From Bryobacterales bacterium (lineage in GTDB: Bacteria > Acidobacteriota > Terriglobia > Bryobacterales > Bryobacteraceae), in assembly GCA_038229475.1 (NCBI GenBank), contig JBBROK010000026.1, forward strand, positions 1,354 to 65,353: a stretch of 64,000 nt of DNA. Reading direction: 5' to 3'. The stretch's first letter is position 1, and every line of letters starts with the position of its first letter. The notes below the pieces were generated by a model, which made no database searches, was not told where the DNA came from, and was given only the letters and a program-made list of their open reading frames with translations. The position numbers and the translations under genes were made by a program. This document shows, one piece after another, positions 45,501 through 54,623 of the stretch.

Positions 45501-46667
45501 CACAATGGAATACGTCTGCCGCGCGGTGGCGTTGAGCAAGCCACTGTCTGCCACCTGAATGGTGACCGACGATGTACCCGCCGTGGTGGGTCGCCCCACG
45601 ACAAGCCCGGAGGCTGCGTCAAGGGTAAGGCCCACGGGCAGGGTGCCGCTGGCGATGGACCATTTGTAAGGCGGCACGCCGCCGCTGGCTGCTACCTGAT
45701 CCTGATAAGGCGCGCCGGTGAATCCGCCCTTTAGGGTGACCGTGGGGATGGTCACTGGCGGAGGATTCACAATCGTAAGGCTCAGCGCTTGTCGCGCTGA
45801 ACCGGGCGTGGCTGCGGAATCTGCAAGGCCCACCGTAAAGCCGGCTGCTCCGGCGGCTGAGGGTGTTCCGAAGAGAATGCCCGTAGCGGCGTCGAATGCC
45901 AGGCCAGCGGGCAGAGTTCCCGTCACCACAGACCATTTGTAGGGCGGCACGCCACCTGTTGCACCCAATTGCTGGGAATATTTAACGCCTACGGTTCCGC
46001 CCGGTACCGTGGCCGTCGTAATGCCCAGCGCACCCGCCGGGGTGATGAGAAGCTGAAATGCCTGCGACACGGAGCCGTTGGCCGAATCGATAACCGTGAT
46101 GGTGAAGTTCTGGGTACCGGACGACGCCGGTGTGCCGGACACAAGGCCTGTCTTCGAATCGAGGAACACTCCCGGTGCAATCAGGCCGGGCGAAGGAAGC
46201 GTGACCACGGCTGGCTGAACCGCCCACGTATAAGGTGTGGCTCCCCCGATTGCTGTCAACTGGAATGAATAGGGCGCGCCCACCACACCTTGCGGGAAAC
46301 CGGTGAAAGTCAGGGAAAGCGGCGCGGTGCTCAGGATGGTGAGCCCAAAGGTCTGGGTGGCGACCGTGCCAGCCGAATCGGTCACCTGAATGCCCAGCGA
46401 AATGGATCCGGCGGAGTTGGGAGTGCCAGTGAGCAGTCCACCCGCGGAGAGCGAAAAGTTCGGGGTAGCACTGGCCCCTGGCCGAAAGCGCCAGGAATAG
46501 GGCGACACGCCGCCGGAGGCCTGAAACTGGAGGGAGTAGGCCTGTCCCAGGACCGCGTTGGGCAGCGAGGTGGAGTTTGTGATGGCCAACTGCGCGCTGG
46601 CCAAAGCGGTAGACGCAGCCAGCAAAAGACCGGCGCGAAGCAGAAGAGCAAGATTATTTTGTTTCAT
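42576..46667 (-). CDS. Giant secreted surface protein: at least 6 He_PIG/cadherin-like Ig repeats, further beta-rich domains, Solibacter-type C-terminal domain (TIGR03437-like)
   Basis: A signal peptide, then a repeated unit ...Y.Q.L.A.GG..PY.W....G.LP.GL.L....G...GTP...G...F.V.V.DS... that I counted six times. The C-terminal ~210 aa (IYGANLA...YYVSPGQINALVPYEL...GLYQVNFQLP) matches my memory of TIGR03437. Confidence 0.85.
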   Translation of the reverse strand: MKQNNLALLLRAGLLLAASTALASAQLAITNSTSLPNAVLGQAYSLQFQASGGVSPYSWRFRPGASATPNFSLSAGGLLTGTPNSAGSISLGIQVTDSAGTVATQTFGLTILSTAPLSLTFTGFPQGVVGAPYSFQLTAIGGATPYTWAVQPAVVTLPSPGLIAPGVFLDSKTGLVSGTPASSGTQNFTITVIDSANGSVSQAFQLLITPAGALGITTATVPGGTVGVKYSQQLGATGGVPPYKWSVVTGTLPAGLAFDAATGILFGTPSAAGAAGFTVGLADSAATPGSARQALSLTIVNPPPVTIPTVTLKGGFTGAPYQDQVAASGGVPPYKWSIASGTLPVGLTLDAASGLVVGRPTTAGTSSVTIQVADSGLLNATARQTYSIVIGALTSVTVPAATLTTAVAGAAYSQTSGASGGAPPYTWTVVAGTVPPGLALSSTGSLLGVPSAPGTFTFNAKANDTAGGSDAGYMTLSVLPASVTLQADTLPPAMVGVPYPVQVLSPAGGIGPYSLAVTSGSLPTGITLSGGRVAGTPTVAGTFTFTVTATDSNSPAGTSNLAFSLTVRTAQADLALSTGSVAFALTSGATALPAAVNVVVTSTVPATSATYSVALIPATPWLTVTGAASGTTPSSYTLSVNNQALALAASATPYQTALVFTCVTPATCVGSIQSVAVNLVVSSPPPLLLLTKQLLALTATSSQFVTGTFGLQNAGGGSITINSAVSADGWAGVSGLPATLGPAAQATGIVTVNPGGFAPGYYRTSLTISTSAGTATLPLTLLVAATATMDLNPGGQLYQMTAGGAVPNPSGSFAVTVQGTVTASWNATLLPGAPWLSLKTTSGSSTAAAAGTVLYAIDPAAVAVLAAKAYYGTIRVTSTQTVNSPQDFLVVLNVGSATDAISVEPAPGGVVFAAVGSAAVTPQTVQVFAGSGATVAYQVAATTANGRNWLSVSPATGTVRGSTPAQATISVTQAGLAPGIYRGAVTFATSPASARSVNITFIVTPSVGGLPVSSVGYASPRAQIICTPSQLVLSSGLAGDFSQPVAWPVPINIQLLNDCGAAVSGGSVEVVFPTAADPPLALRADPASPGRYFGTWTPRRASSQFALGVSASASGFPTSTLQINGKVLPNSAPVVTPQSTSNVFSGILGGVAPGTAVQIYGANLAAPGTSALASALPFPVSLGGTGVLIGGIPAPLYYVSPGQINALVPYELVSGNQYQIVVNTGNGPAVPDPIGLAAATPGIAAFASGALIAQHSDYTLVTATAPAKPGEGLVIYLAGLGATDNQPITGSGAPLPPTGPKVPVVLTLNGTVVPTAFVGLTPGAVGLYQVNFQLPVDTSLGDLTLRVSQAGALSNVTILPVRK

Positions 46668-46821
46668 GGAGTGGCACCAACTGCTTAGTATCGCAGCTAA
46701 ATTGGGGTGCCTGCCCCGTAATCATCGCCGGGACGGTCGCCATCCGGTAACGAGGGTGGACCCCGCCGGCGGAGGTGTGTCCACCCGTGAAAGCATCCGG
46801 CTATTTGACGTGCCGGAATAG

Positions 46822-48816
46822 CTATTTGAAGTACTTCTCAAACCACCGCATCGACCGCTCCGTGAAATCCACCACGTGCTTCGATTCCCTTACCCCGTGC
46901 CCTTCCCTCGGATATCGCACCATGACCGCGTCGTTCCCCACGTCCCGCAGCGCAATGTAGAACTGCTCCGCTTCCGCAATCGGCACGTCGTTATCGTTCT
47001 CGCCATGCACCAGCATGGTGGGAGTGTGCGCCTTCGCCACATGTTTCAACGCCGACCGTTCCCACAGCACATCCATCAAATTCCCCTGGTGCGGAAATGC
47101 TCCCCACTCCATCTGCTCATACTGGTTGTAGTACGTCATGTAGTTGTAGCTGATGATGTTGGTGATTGCTGCCGTGGGAATTGCGGCCTTGAACATGTTG
47201 GTCTGCGTGATCAGCCACGCGCTCAACTGCCCCCCGTAGCTGGTGCCTTCCACCCCCAGCCGGTCGCGGTCAATCCATAAATACCGCCGCATCGCCGCGT
47301 TCAGCCCATACAACACGTCCTGCGCCTCGTTGCCGTTCTGGTCCGCGAAGATCGCATCCGTAAACGCCTGCCCATAGCCGGTGGAACCCCGAAAGTTCAC
47401 CATCAGCGTTGCCCACCCGTGCGAGGAATATACCTGATTCTTCAGATTGAACGCCGGACCCTGCTGCCCATGCGGCCCGCCATGAATATTCACGATCAGC
47501 GGATATTTCCTGCCCGCGTCAAAGTTCGCCGGAAACGTGAGAAACGCTTCGACAGTCCACTTGTTGTCGTTGCTGATGAAGGTGAACGACTCCACCGTTT
47601 CCGCCTTCTTCCCGGCCATCGCTTCCTGGTTCAGATCCGTCAGTTTCCGCGCAGGCCCGCTGCCGGTTTTCAGATACAGTTGCGCCAGATCATCCTTCGC
47701 CGTAAAAGCATAAGCAATCAGATTTCCCTGAGTGGAAAAAGACCCCACCGAGCCCGCTTCATTCACCACTGCATACGGTCTGGTCGCCCCGTCCGCCGGT
47801 GCCTTGTAAAGCCGTGTATTGCCCTTCTCCTGCACTGTGAAAAACAGCGACAATCCATCCGATGACCAGACCGGATCGCCTTGCCGGTTATCCACATTGC
47901 CCGTGATCTCTTTGCGGTTCTTCCCGTCCGCATCCATCACCCACACGTGCGTGTCTTCCATGGTGGTTTCCAGATCCGTCAAACCACGCTTCGTCGCCTC
48001 ATAGACCACGCGCTTCCCGTTGGGGGACCACTGCGGCTTGTACTCCGCGCTTTCCGTTGTGGTCAACCGCCGCAATTCGCCCGTCGCTACATACGCGGTA
48101 AGCAGGTCGTAGTTGAAGAACTGATCTTCATTCGCTTCCCGATTGGAGACGAACGCAATCTCTTTGCCATCCGGCGACCAGTCGATGGAATGCTCATAGT
48201 GCGTTCCCGTAGTCAATTGCTTCGATTGCCCACTCGCCACGTCGGCCACGAAAATGTGTAGCCGTTTGTTGTCGTTGAAATGCGAGTTGCCTTCCCCCGC
48301 ATCCGGCTTGTAGAGGTAACGCGTGATCACGATCGGGTCGCCGGTGGCCTCGGCCGTCTCCGGCCCCGGCAGTGCCGAGACATAGGCGATCTGCTTCGAA
48401 TCCGGCGACCATGCCACGCGCCGCCCCGTGGTCGGCAGCGGCGCGTTGGTGCCTTCCAGCGGCCCCATATACTTCTTGCCCGTGCCATCCGGGCTGGCGA
48501 TGATCAACCCCGATTTATCCCCCAGCTTGCCTGAATACGCGATCAGCTTGCCGTCTGCCGACCATTCCGGTTCCCCTGAACTGTCATCACCCGCGCTGAA
48601 CGCCACCGTCTGCCCGCTGGCAATTATCATTACGAATAATTGGCCGAACGGACGCCGGGGCCCGTCGCCGCGCGTCACCGTGTAGGCAACACGGGCCCCG
48701 TCCGGTGACAATTTAACCCCGCCCACAGAACGTAATTTGAGCCCGTCGGCAGCCTGAAAGCCGGCTCCGGACAACGCCATCGCGGAAACGGCTAGAAGAA
48801 ACAGCGGTTTGTTCAA
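46822..48816 (-). CDS. S9 family serine peptidase (beta-propeller + prolyl-oligopeptidase/acylaminoacyl-peptidase catalytic domain)
   Basis: A signal peptide and TolB-like WD40 repeats (AWSPDSKQIAY, DWSPDGKEIAF, QWSPNGKRVVY). The catalytic elements are GTSYGG, HGENDNDVP and EGH. Confidence 0.9.
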   Translation of the reverse strand: MNKPLFLLAVSAMALSGAGFQAADGLKLRSVGGVKLSPDGARVAYTVTRGDGPRRPFGQLFVMIIASGQTVAFSAGDDSSGEPEWSADGKLIAYSGKLGDKSGLIIASPDGTGKKYMGPLEGTNAPLPTTGRRVAWSPDSKQIAYVSALPGPETAEATGDPIVITRYLYKPDAGEGNSHFNDNKRLHIFVADVASGQSKQLTTGTHYEHSIDWSPDGKEIAFVSNREANEDQFFNYDLLTAYVATGELRRLTTTESAEYKPQWSPNGKRVVYEATKRGLTDLETTMEDTHVWVMDADGKNRKEITGNVDNRQGDPVWSSDGLSLFFTVQEKGNTRLYKAPADGATRPYAVVNEAGSVGSFSTQGNLIAYAFTAKDDLAQLYLKTGSGPARKLTDLNQEAMAGKKAETVESFTFISNDNKWTVEAFLTFPANFDAGRKYPLIVNIHGGPHGQQGPAFNLKNQVYSSHGWATLMVNFRGSTGYGQAFTDAIFADQNGNEAQDVLYGLNAAMRRYLWIDRDRLGVEGTSYGGQLSAWLITQTNMFKAAIPTAAITNIISYNYMTYYNQYEQMEWGAFPHQGNLMDVLWERSALKHVAKAHTPTMLVHGENDNDVPIAEAEQFYIALRDVGNDAVMVRYPREGHGVRESKHVVDFTERSMRWFEKYFK

Positions 48817-48852
48817 TTGCGGATACCCCTCGACCGAGTATAAAGGCGGTAA

Positions 48853-50208
48853 CTAATTCCGCGGATCAATAATGAACGTCGGCGCAATCCCGGCGGAAGC
48901 CGAATAGCTTCCGGGTCCCGACGTTGAAACATAGGTTGAACAACCCGCGACTTTCCCCAAGTAGGCGTGCGGTTGCACATCCACCTGCATCTCGCGAAAC
49001 TCCAGGTTCCCCAGACTCATAATCGGAAACACGGCGCGTGCCGGCTGCACATGTTCCTGCACCACGTATGGTTCCCGCACCGCATCGCGAATGGCGCGCG
49101 CCCACGACCCTTCGTCGTGTTCGTGCCCCGTATAGCTTTGCAAGTCCGTGTAATCGTCGTTCGGGCGCAGCACCAGCTTCTCGCGGTTCTGCTTCACGTA
49201 ATCCACCAGGTCTTCTATATTCCCGCCATCGCGCAACGTCGCTTTTCCCGCTTTGAATACGCGCGTCCACGGCACATGTTCACGGATCGCCTTGCGCTCG
49301 TGGAGGGGGAACTTCACCGTCAGAGAATCTTCCGTCAGCAGGGCAAACATCGCCTTCTTGTGCGAAAGCTCCGCGCGGAAACTGTTGACCACGCAAACCT
49401 TGCCATCGCGGTAGGCTTCCAGCAGCGGATGATTCAGCGTGTACCGCAGCAGGAATTCCTGCGCACTCACCCGCCGGTACACCAGATCGATATCCATCGC
49501 TCCATAACGCAAAACGCCGTTGCGGTACTCCAGTTGATCTGGCGTCAGCAGTTCAACCGCATATCCCTCGGCACGGAAATAATCCCGATAGATCTCCATT
49601 TCACTGGAGCCTGTGGGGCTGCGGAATTCCACAATTGCGATGTTTGGCTTCTTCGCGCCCGCGAACATCTTATACGCCTTCAACAGCGCGCTCAGAAACG
49701 GTTTCTTTTTCCCCACCCTGGTCACGTTGTAGCGCCGCCGGAATTCCTTCACCGGACCACAGTCGTAGAACAGCTCCGACAGATCTTCCGACCACGCGCC
49801 ACCGGAAAGAGACTCCGCGCTATACTGCGTGACGTGTAGCGATCCGTTGTTGATTTGCAGGTCCAGCTGGGCCGAAACTTCAGCCAGGTTGTATCCCGGG
49901 TCAATCGCCGCCAGCATCTTCTCGGCTGGGAAAAGCTGCATACGGGACAGTAGAGCCGGGGACGCGAGTGCCATTTTCAGCATGCGATCCACCGCCGACA
50001 GTAACGCTTCGCCGGTTTTGACCAGATTGTCGTATTGCTTCTGTGTGACGAAATTCGGCCGTAGGAAAGGGCAGACCAGGCGGCCACCAGCCGATAGCTG
50101 GCGCGCTTCCATCTGCTCCTGCAATGTTTTTACCCACCGCATATCGCGGTACGGTTCAGATTCCAGTATCCGATGATACCGGGCGATTGCCTCGTCCAAC
50201 TGCGTCAT
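48853..50208 (-). CDS. Conserved hypothetical protein, ATP-grasp-like
   Basis: 451 aa. The C-terminal segments KLVLRPNDDY...W......EPYVVQEHV resemble ATP-grasp ligases. I cannot assign a family. Confidence 0.45.
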   Translation of the reverse strand: MTQLDEAIARYHRILESEPYRDMRWVKTLQEQMEARQLSAGGRLVCPFLRPNFVTQKQYDNLVKTGEALLSAVDRMLKMALASPALLSRMQLFPAEKMLAAIDPGYNLAEVSAQLDLQINNGSLHVTQYSAESLSGGAWSEDLSELFYDCGPVKEFRRRYNVTRVGKKKPFLSALLKAYKMFAGAKKPNIAIVEFRSPTGSSEMEIYRDYFRAEGYAVELLTPDQLEYRNGVLRYGAMDIDLVYRRVSAQEFLLRYTLNHPLLEAYRDGKVCVVNSFRAELSHKKAMFALLTEDSLTVKFPLHERKAIREHVPWTRVFKAGKATLRDGGNIEDLVDYVKQNREKLVLRPNDDYTDLQSYTGHEHDEGSWARAIRDAVREPYVVQEHVQPARAVFPIMSLGNLEFREMQVDVQPHAYLGKVAGCSTYVSTSGPGSYSASAGIAPTFIIDPRN

Positions 50209-50362
50209 CGTTTGTATGGGCTCAACTCTTCCTGTGAGTATCGCACAAATTGAACACCTTTGTCGCTTGTCCCCGACCTTTGATTGTCGTAATTCGTTGA
50301 AAATAATGGAAATCGAGGAGTGGCGAAATCGTCTAAACTGTGGCTAATTCGCCACGCTACCT

Positions 50363-50938
50363 ATGAAGCCCCGGACCGCCCCCGTACACATCTGGCGCAT
50401 TGACCTCGCTTGCGACCGCGACCTGATTCTCTCCTCGGCGGAGGTCGCCCGCGCTGCCCGCTTCCGTTTCGAAGCGGATCGTCAGCGCTGGTCGCGCGCC
50501 CATTCAGCCCTCCGGGTCATCCTCTCGCCGTACGCCGCGATTCCTCCTCTGGAAATAGATTTTGCGGTGGGTGAACACGGCAAACCCTACCTCGACTACC
50601 CTTCTGCGCCTCACTTCAACCTGTCCCATTCCGGCGATTGGGCTCTGGTTGCGGTCTGCCTGTCCCACCCGGTGGGAGTGGATGTCGAGCGAATCCGCGG
50701 GAAAGTTGATATTGGCGCTCTGCTCCAGCGCCTTGGCGAATTCGACCTCCCGGCCGGTCATGACGATCGCTTCCTGCGTTGGGCTCACCGTGAGGCTCGC
50801 TCCAAGGCCTCCGGTGGTCCACTGATGACGCCGCCGCTGGCCGACGCATTCTCCGTCCCGCTGCAGATCGCCTGCGGTTATGCGGCCGCCGTGGCCCTCA
50901 TCGGGAGCGTTCCCATTCCCCAATATTGCCCGGCGTGA
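50363..50938 (+). CDS. 4'-phosphopantetheinyl transferase (Sfp-type)
   Basis: FNLSHSGDWALVAV, VGVDVERI and W..REA..KA motifs. Length 191 aa. Confidence 0.8.
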   Translation: MKPRTAPVHIWRIDLACDRDLILSSAEVARAARFRFEADRQRWSRAHSALRVILSPYAAIPPLEIDFAVGEHGKPYLDYPSAPHFNLSHSGDWALVAVCLSHPVGVDVERIRGKVDIGALLQRLGEFDLPAGHDDRFLRWAHREARSKASGGPLMTPPLADAFSVPLQIACGYAAAVALIGSVPIPQYCPA

Positions 50939-51172
50939 AACATCTCAGGGCAAAACTGACACTCAAAGGTAACGAAACCACAGTTGCGCCGGAAAACATT
51001 TCGTGTTAACTATGAAGGGTAGTCGCAAGACGGAGTGGGAAAAAGTAGTTGTCCCCCCGGCTCCGTCGGCTATCTTGAATCTTCAGTTTCGGTATTGAAA
51101 CAGCGCCCACGACTCCTTGTCTGAATCATCTCGCTGACCAAAACCATAACCCCTCCAGGAGTTTGTTCCTTC

Positions 51173-51667
51173 ATGGACTCCGATCGCAGATACCGCCAAA
51201 ACGGTTACCAGGATAACGGTCCTAACCATAACGAAAACGGCAACGGGAACGGCAACAAGCCGAAGCCTTCGGGGCCGCGCCCGCACATCGACATTACCGG
51301 CCCGCGGCTGCCGCGGCTGGTGCAGACGGTAACAGCTTCGCGCTGCTATAGCTGCTCTACCACGCTGATGCCGGGCTCTGATTTTGCCACCGAATGTCCC
51401 AAGTGCCATGCGCAGCTACACTGCTGCAAGCAGTGCACGCACTTTGAACCCTCCACACGCTTCCAGTGTATGAAGCCGGTTACGGTTCGCATTGTGGTGA
51501 AAGACGCTACGAATGAATGCCCGTCCTATTCACCGCGCGTCACCGTGGCCCGCGAGGTAACCAGCGCGCCCAACGGTGCGCGTCCGCCCGCTCCCGGTCT
51601 GAACACTCCGGCACCGCGCAGTGCCAGTGATGCCCGCGACGCCTTTGACCGTCTTTTCAACAAGTAG
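51173..51667 (+). CDS. Hypothetical Cys-rich (zinc-ribbon-like) protein with N-terminal low-complexity region
   Basis: CYSC...CPKC...CCKQC...C cysteine pattern and an N/G-rich N-terminus. AGGAG lies upstream. Confidence 0.5.
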   Translation: MDSDRRYRQNGYQDNGPNHNENGNGNGNKPKPSGPRPHIDITGPRLPRLVQTVTASRCYSCSTTLMPGSDFATECPKCHAQLHCCKQCTHFEPSTRFQCMKPVTVRIVVKDATNECPSYSPRVTVAREVTSAPNGARPPAPGLNTPAPRSASDARDAFDRLFNK

Positions 51668-51675
51668 TCTGCGGT

Positions 51676-52278
51676 TTAGCCGGGAGTGCCCCGCGCGGCG
51701 AACCGCGCCCCCAGCGCTCCGCCTGCCGCGCAGATACCCACAACCATCGCGAACATCAACACCAGGATCATCAGGAAGACCGTGCCCAGCGCCACCGGGT
51801 CTTTCACCAGCTGCTCTACCTGCGGCGTCTGCTTCACCATTTCATCCAGCAGTTGCCGGCCCATGAAGGTCATGCTCAGCGCAAATGTGATGGTCATGCT
51901 GGCAAACGCCAATACGCCCGTGATGGAACCCAGCCGGGCTCCCGCTGACACCGTCAACACCGCTCCGGTCAGTTTCCGGTAGACGGCAACGGCGCTCCAA
52001 CCGGCTGCCAGCCACCACACCGCAAAAAAAAGATTCAACCCTGGAATCATTTGCAGCAGCATAATGCCCAGCGACATCACGAAAGCGACGCGCAAAGCCA
52101 GCGGGTTCCTGAATCCCACCGGAATCTGCGCAAGCGTAGTTTTCGCCGCTACCGGGGCAGGCGTTGGCAGGGGTGGTATTTCTTCTTCGGTTGCGATCTC
52201 GCCCGTGGGGCGTCCGCAGCGGTGGCAGAACCGGGCGTTCTCAACCAGCAATGTTCCGCATGTGCAATTTTCTGTCAT
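51676..52278 (-). CDS. Zinc-ribbon + 4-TM membrane protein
   Basis: N-terminal CTCG...CHRCG zinc ribbon followed by four hydrophobic helices. Confidence 0.6.
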   Translation of the reverse strand: MTENCTCGTLLVENARFCHRCGRPTGEIATEEEIPPLPTPAPVAAKTTLAQIPVGFRNPLALRVAFVMSLGIMLLQMIPGLNLFFAVWWLAAGWSAVAVYRKLTGAVLTVSAGARLGSITGVLAFASMTITFALSMTFMGRQLLDEMVKQTPQVEQLVKDPVALGTVFLMILVLMFAMVVGICAAGGALGARFAARGTPG

Positions 52279-52305
52279 GGTCGCGCCCGCAGCGGAGCGC
52301 TACCT

Positions 52306-52827
52306 TCAGTTTGCCGCAGGCTGGCCGATGGAGGCAACTCCGATGTGCGTCTCTCCCTTTTTCTCGGCAATCGCCACGATCCTGCGATAGCCGCCTTCTT
52401 TCAATTCGAACTCGGTGTGACCGTGTTTTTCCACGATGATCCACATGGGCAGTTGCGCTTTGTACCAGGCCTCCACCATTTGGACCGAATCCGATGTGAT
52501 GTAAGCGCCGCCACTCACGCTGAAGGCCTTGCTGTCCCGCTCGTCGTTGGCCACCCACTCGAAGCTGGCACCGCCGGACTCTTTCGCCCAAACTGCGCCT
52601 GGGTAAACCGGAACGCCCAGTGATGCCGGGTCAACTTTGTCTTTGCCGTGGATCTCGAACCGTCCACCCGGGATGTCGATTGCGACATCTCCGTGTCCCG
52701 CCCCTTCTGACACGTGCACATTGCGCATCACGTAGACGGTGCCGATCACGGCAATTCCGGCCAGCACCAGCCCGGTGATCAGAAGTCCGCCCAGTATTCC
52801 GCCGCGGCGTTGGTCTGAAGTTCTCAT
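52306..52827 (-). CDS. Single-pass membrane-anchored hypothetical protein
   Basis: ATG 52827 gives MRTSDQRRGGILGGLLITGLVLAGIAVIGTVYV, followed by a soluble domain of about 130 aa. Confidence 0.5.
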   Translation of the reverse strand: MRTSDQRRGGILGGLLITGLVLAGIAVIGTVYVMRNVHVSEGAGHGDVAIDIPGGRFEIHGKDKVDPASLGVPVYPGAVWAKESGGASFEWVANDERDSKAFSVSGGAYITSDSVQMVEAWYKAQLPMWIIVEKHGHTEFELKEGGYRRIVAIAEKKGETHIGVASIGQPAAN

Positions 52828-52878
52828 TCGAACACCCCCACACAACCTACGCACACCAGACCGTAAAGGTTCGGAAAC

Positions 52879-53850
52879 CTATTTCTTCAGTGCTTCAATC
52901 AGAGCCGGCACAACCTGGAACAGGTCGCCCACAATCCCGTAGTCGGCCACTTCAAAGATTGGTGCCTCCGGATCTTTGTTGATGGCCACAATGGTTCTGG
53001 CCCCCTTCATACCTACCAGGTGCTGAATCGCTCCCGAAATTCCCACCGCCAGATACATCTTCGGTGCCACGGTCTGTCCCGAACTTCCCACCTGTCGTTC
53101 CATGGGCAGCCAACCGTTATCGCAAATCGGCCTGGATGCCGCCAGTTGGCCGCCCAGCGCATCTGCCAGTTGCTGAATCAGCGGAATATTCGCGGCCTCC
53201 TTGATTCCCCGGCCCACCGAAACAATGATGTCGGCTGTGGTCAGATCCACCGCCCGCGCCGATTCGCGGAATAATTCCAGCGGCTTCGTGCGAATCTGCT
53301 CCGGTTTCAATTCCGGCGTCATTACCGCAATCTCCGTGGTGCCGGCTTCCAGATTGTCAGCCCGGAACGCCCCTGCCTGAATGGATGCGAAATACGGTGC
53401 GTCGCCCGCAAACCGCACATCGGCATTGATCTTGCCCTGGAACATTTGCCGCACCATCACCAACTGGCCGTTCTCTACCCGGTGGCCCACCACGTCGCTT
53501 ACCAGCACCCGGTCCATTGCCGTCGCCAGTTTGGGTGCAAAGTCACGCACCTGATAGGTGTGTGGCAACACCACATACGTCGGCTGGTGCATCGCAATCA
53601 ATTGCCGAAAGGCGATCGCGTAGCCATCCGGCGTGTAGTTTGCCGTCAGCTCATGTTGCACCAGATGAATCTTCGCCAGCTTGTATCCCGCCAGTGCCTC
53701 CGCGGCGGCATCCGCGCCTGCTCCCGCCAGCGCCGCGTACACCGGCTCACCCAGCTCGCGCCCAAACTGCTGCGCCGCCGCCACCGCTTCCAGCGCCATC
53801 TTGTGCAGCTTGCCTTCGCGCTGTTCCAGAATCGCCAGTATGCCGCTCAT
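52879..53850 (-). CDS. etfA: Electron transfer flavoprotein subunit alpha
   Basis: The C-terminal FAD-binding motif is RPICDNGWLPMERQVGSSGQTVAPKMYLAVGISGAIQHLVGM. The start overlaps the etfB stop (ATGA). Confidence 0.9.
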   Translation of the reverse strand: MSGILAILEQREGKLHKMALEAVAAAQQFGRELGEPVYAALAGAGADAAAEALAGYKLAKIHLVQHELTANYTPDGYAIAFRQLIAMHQPTYVVLPHTYQVRDFAPKLATAMDRVLVSDVVGHRVENGQLVMVRQMFQGKINADVRFAGDAPYFASIQAGAFRADNLEAGTTEIAVMTPELKPEQIRTKPLELFRESARAVDLTTADIIVSVGRGIKEAANIPLIQQLADALGGQLAASRPICDNGWLPMERQVGSSGQTVAPKMYLAVGISGAIQHLVGMKGARTIVAINKDPEAPIFEVADYGIVGDLFQVVPALIEALKK

Positions 53851-54617
53851 ATCACCCTCGCTTCGAAACGTAGTTTCTCCACCAGCTTCGCCGCGGCTTC
53901 TTTTGGCGGATCGTCAAACACCTGCGAGCGTTTGGTTTTTTCAGGCACGTAGATGCGCGTCACCTGCACCGCGGTCTGACTCAATCCGCCCAGCTCTTCC
54001 GCCGTTACGTGGCGTACTTCTTTCGTTTTGGCTTTCTTGATTCCCATCAGCGTGGCATAGCGCAATTTGGTGGCGCCCGATTGAATGGTCAGCAGCGCCG
54101 GCAACGGCATCTCCACATTCTGGAACCAGCCGTCTTCCAGCTCCCGCTTCACCTTTATGCCCGCGCCTTCGGTTTCCACGTTCATGATCAGCGTGGCATG
54201 GGGCAGGCCCAGCACTTCGGCCAGAATCACGCCCGTCTGCCCATAACCCAGATCGTCCGATTGCAAACCGGTCAGCACCAGGTCCGGCTTTTCTTCCGCC
54301 AGCGCCCGCGCCATTACCCGCGCCAGTGACAACGGGTCTGCCAGCTCACCTTCGGCAACTTCAATGTGGATGGCTCGATCCGCACCTTTGGCCAGGGCTT
54401 CCCGAATAGTCTGTCCGGCTCGTTCCGGTCCGGCGCAGATCACCACCGCCTCGCCCCCCGCTTTTTCCTTCAACTGCAGGGCCGCTTCCAGCGCGTAGGC
54501 GTCGGGCTCGTTGATCTCCCAGGCCAGATCCGCATCTTCAATCCTGGTGCCGGACGCACCAATCTTGAGCAGACTGTCCCGTGCGGGCACCTGCTTGATC
54601 GCCACCACGATTTTCAT
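53847..54617 (-). CDS. etfB: Electron transfer flavoprotein subunit beta
   Basis: MKIVVAIKQVP, INEPDAYALEAALQLKE and LVLTGLQSDD are present. Length 256 aa. Confidence 0.9.
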   Translation of the reverse strand: MKIVVAIKQVPARDSLLKIGASGTRIEDADLAWEINEPDAYALEAALQLKEKAGGEAVVICAGPERAGQTIREALAKGADRAIHIEVAEGELADPLSLARVMARALAEEKPDLVLTGLQSDDLGYGQTGVILAEVLGLPHATLIMNVETEGAGIKVKRELEDGWFQNVEMPLPALLTIQSGATKLRYATLMGIKKAKTKEVRHVTAEELGGLSQTAVQVTRIYVPEKTKRSQVFDDPPKEAAAKLVEKLRFEARVI

Positions 54618-54623
54618 TGCTGA

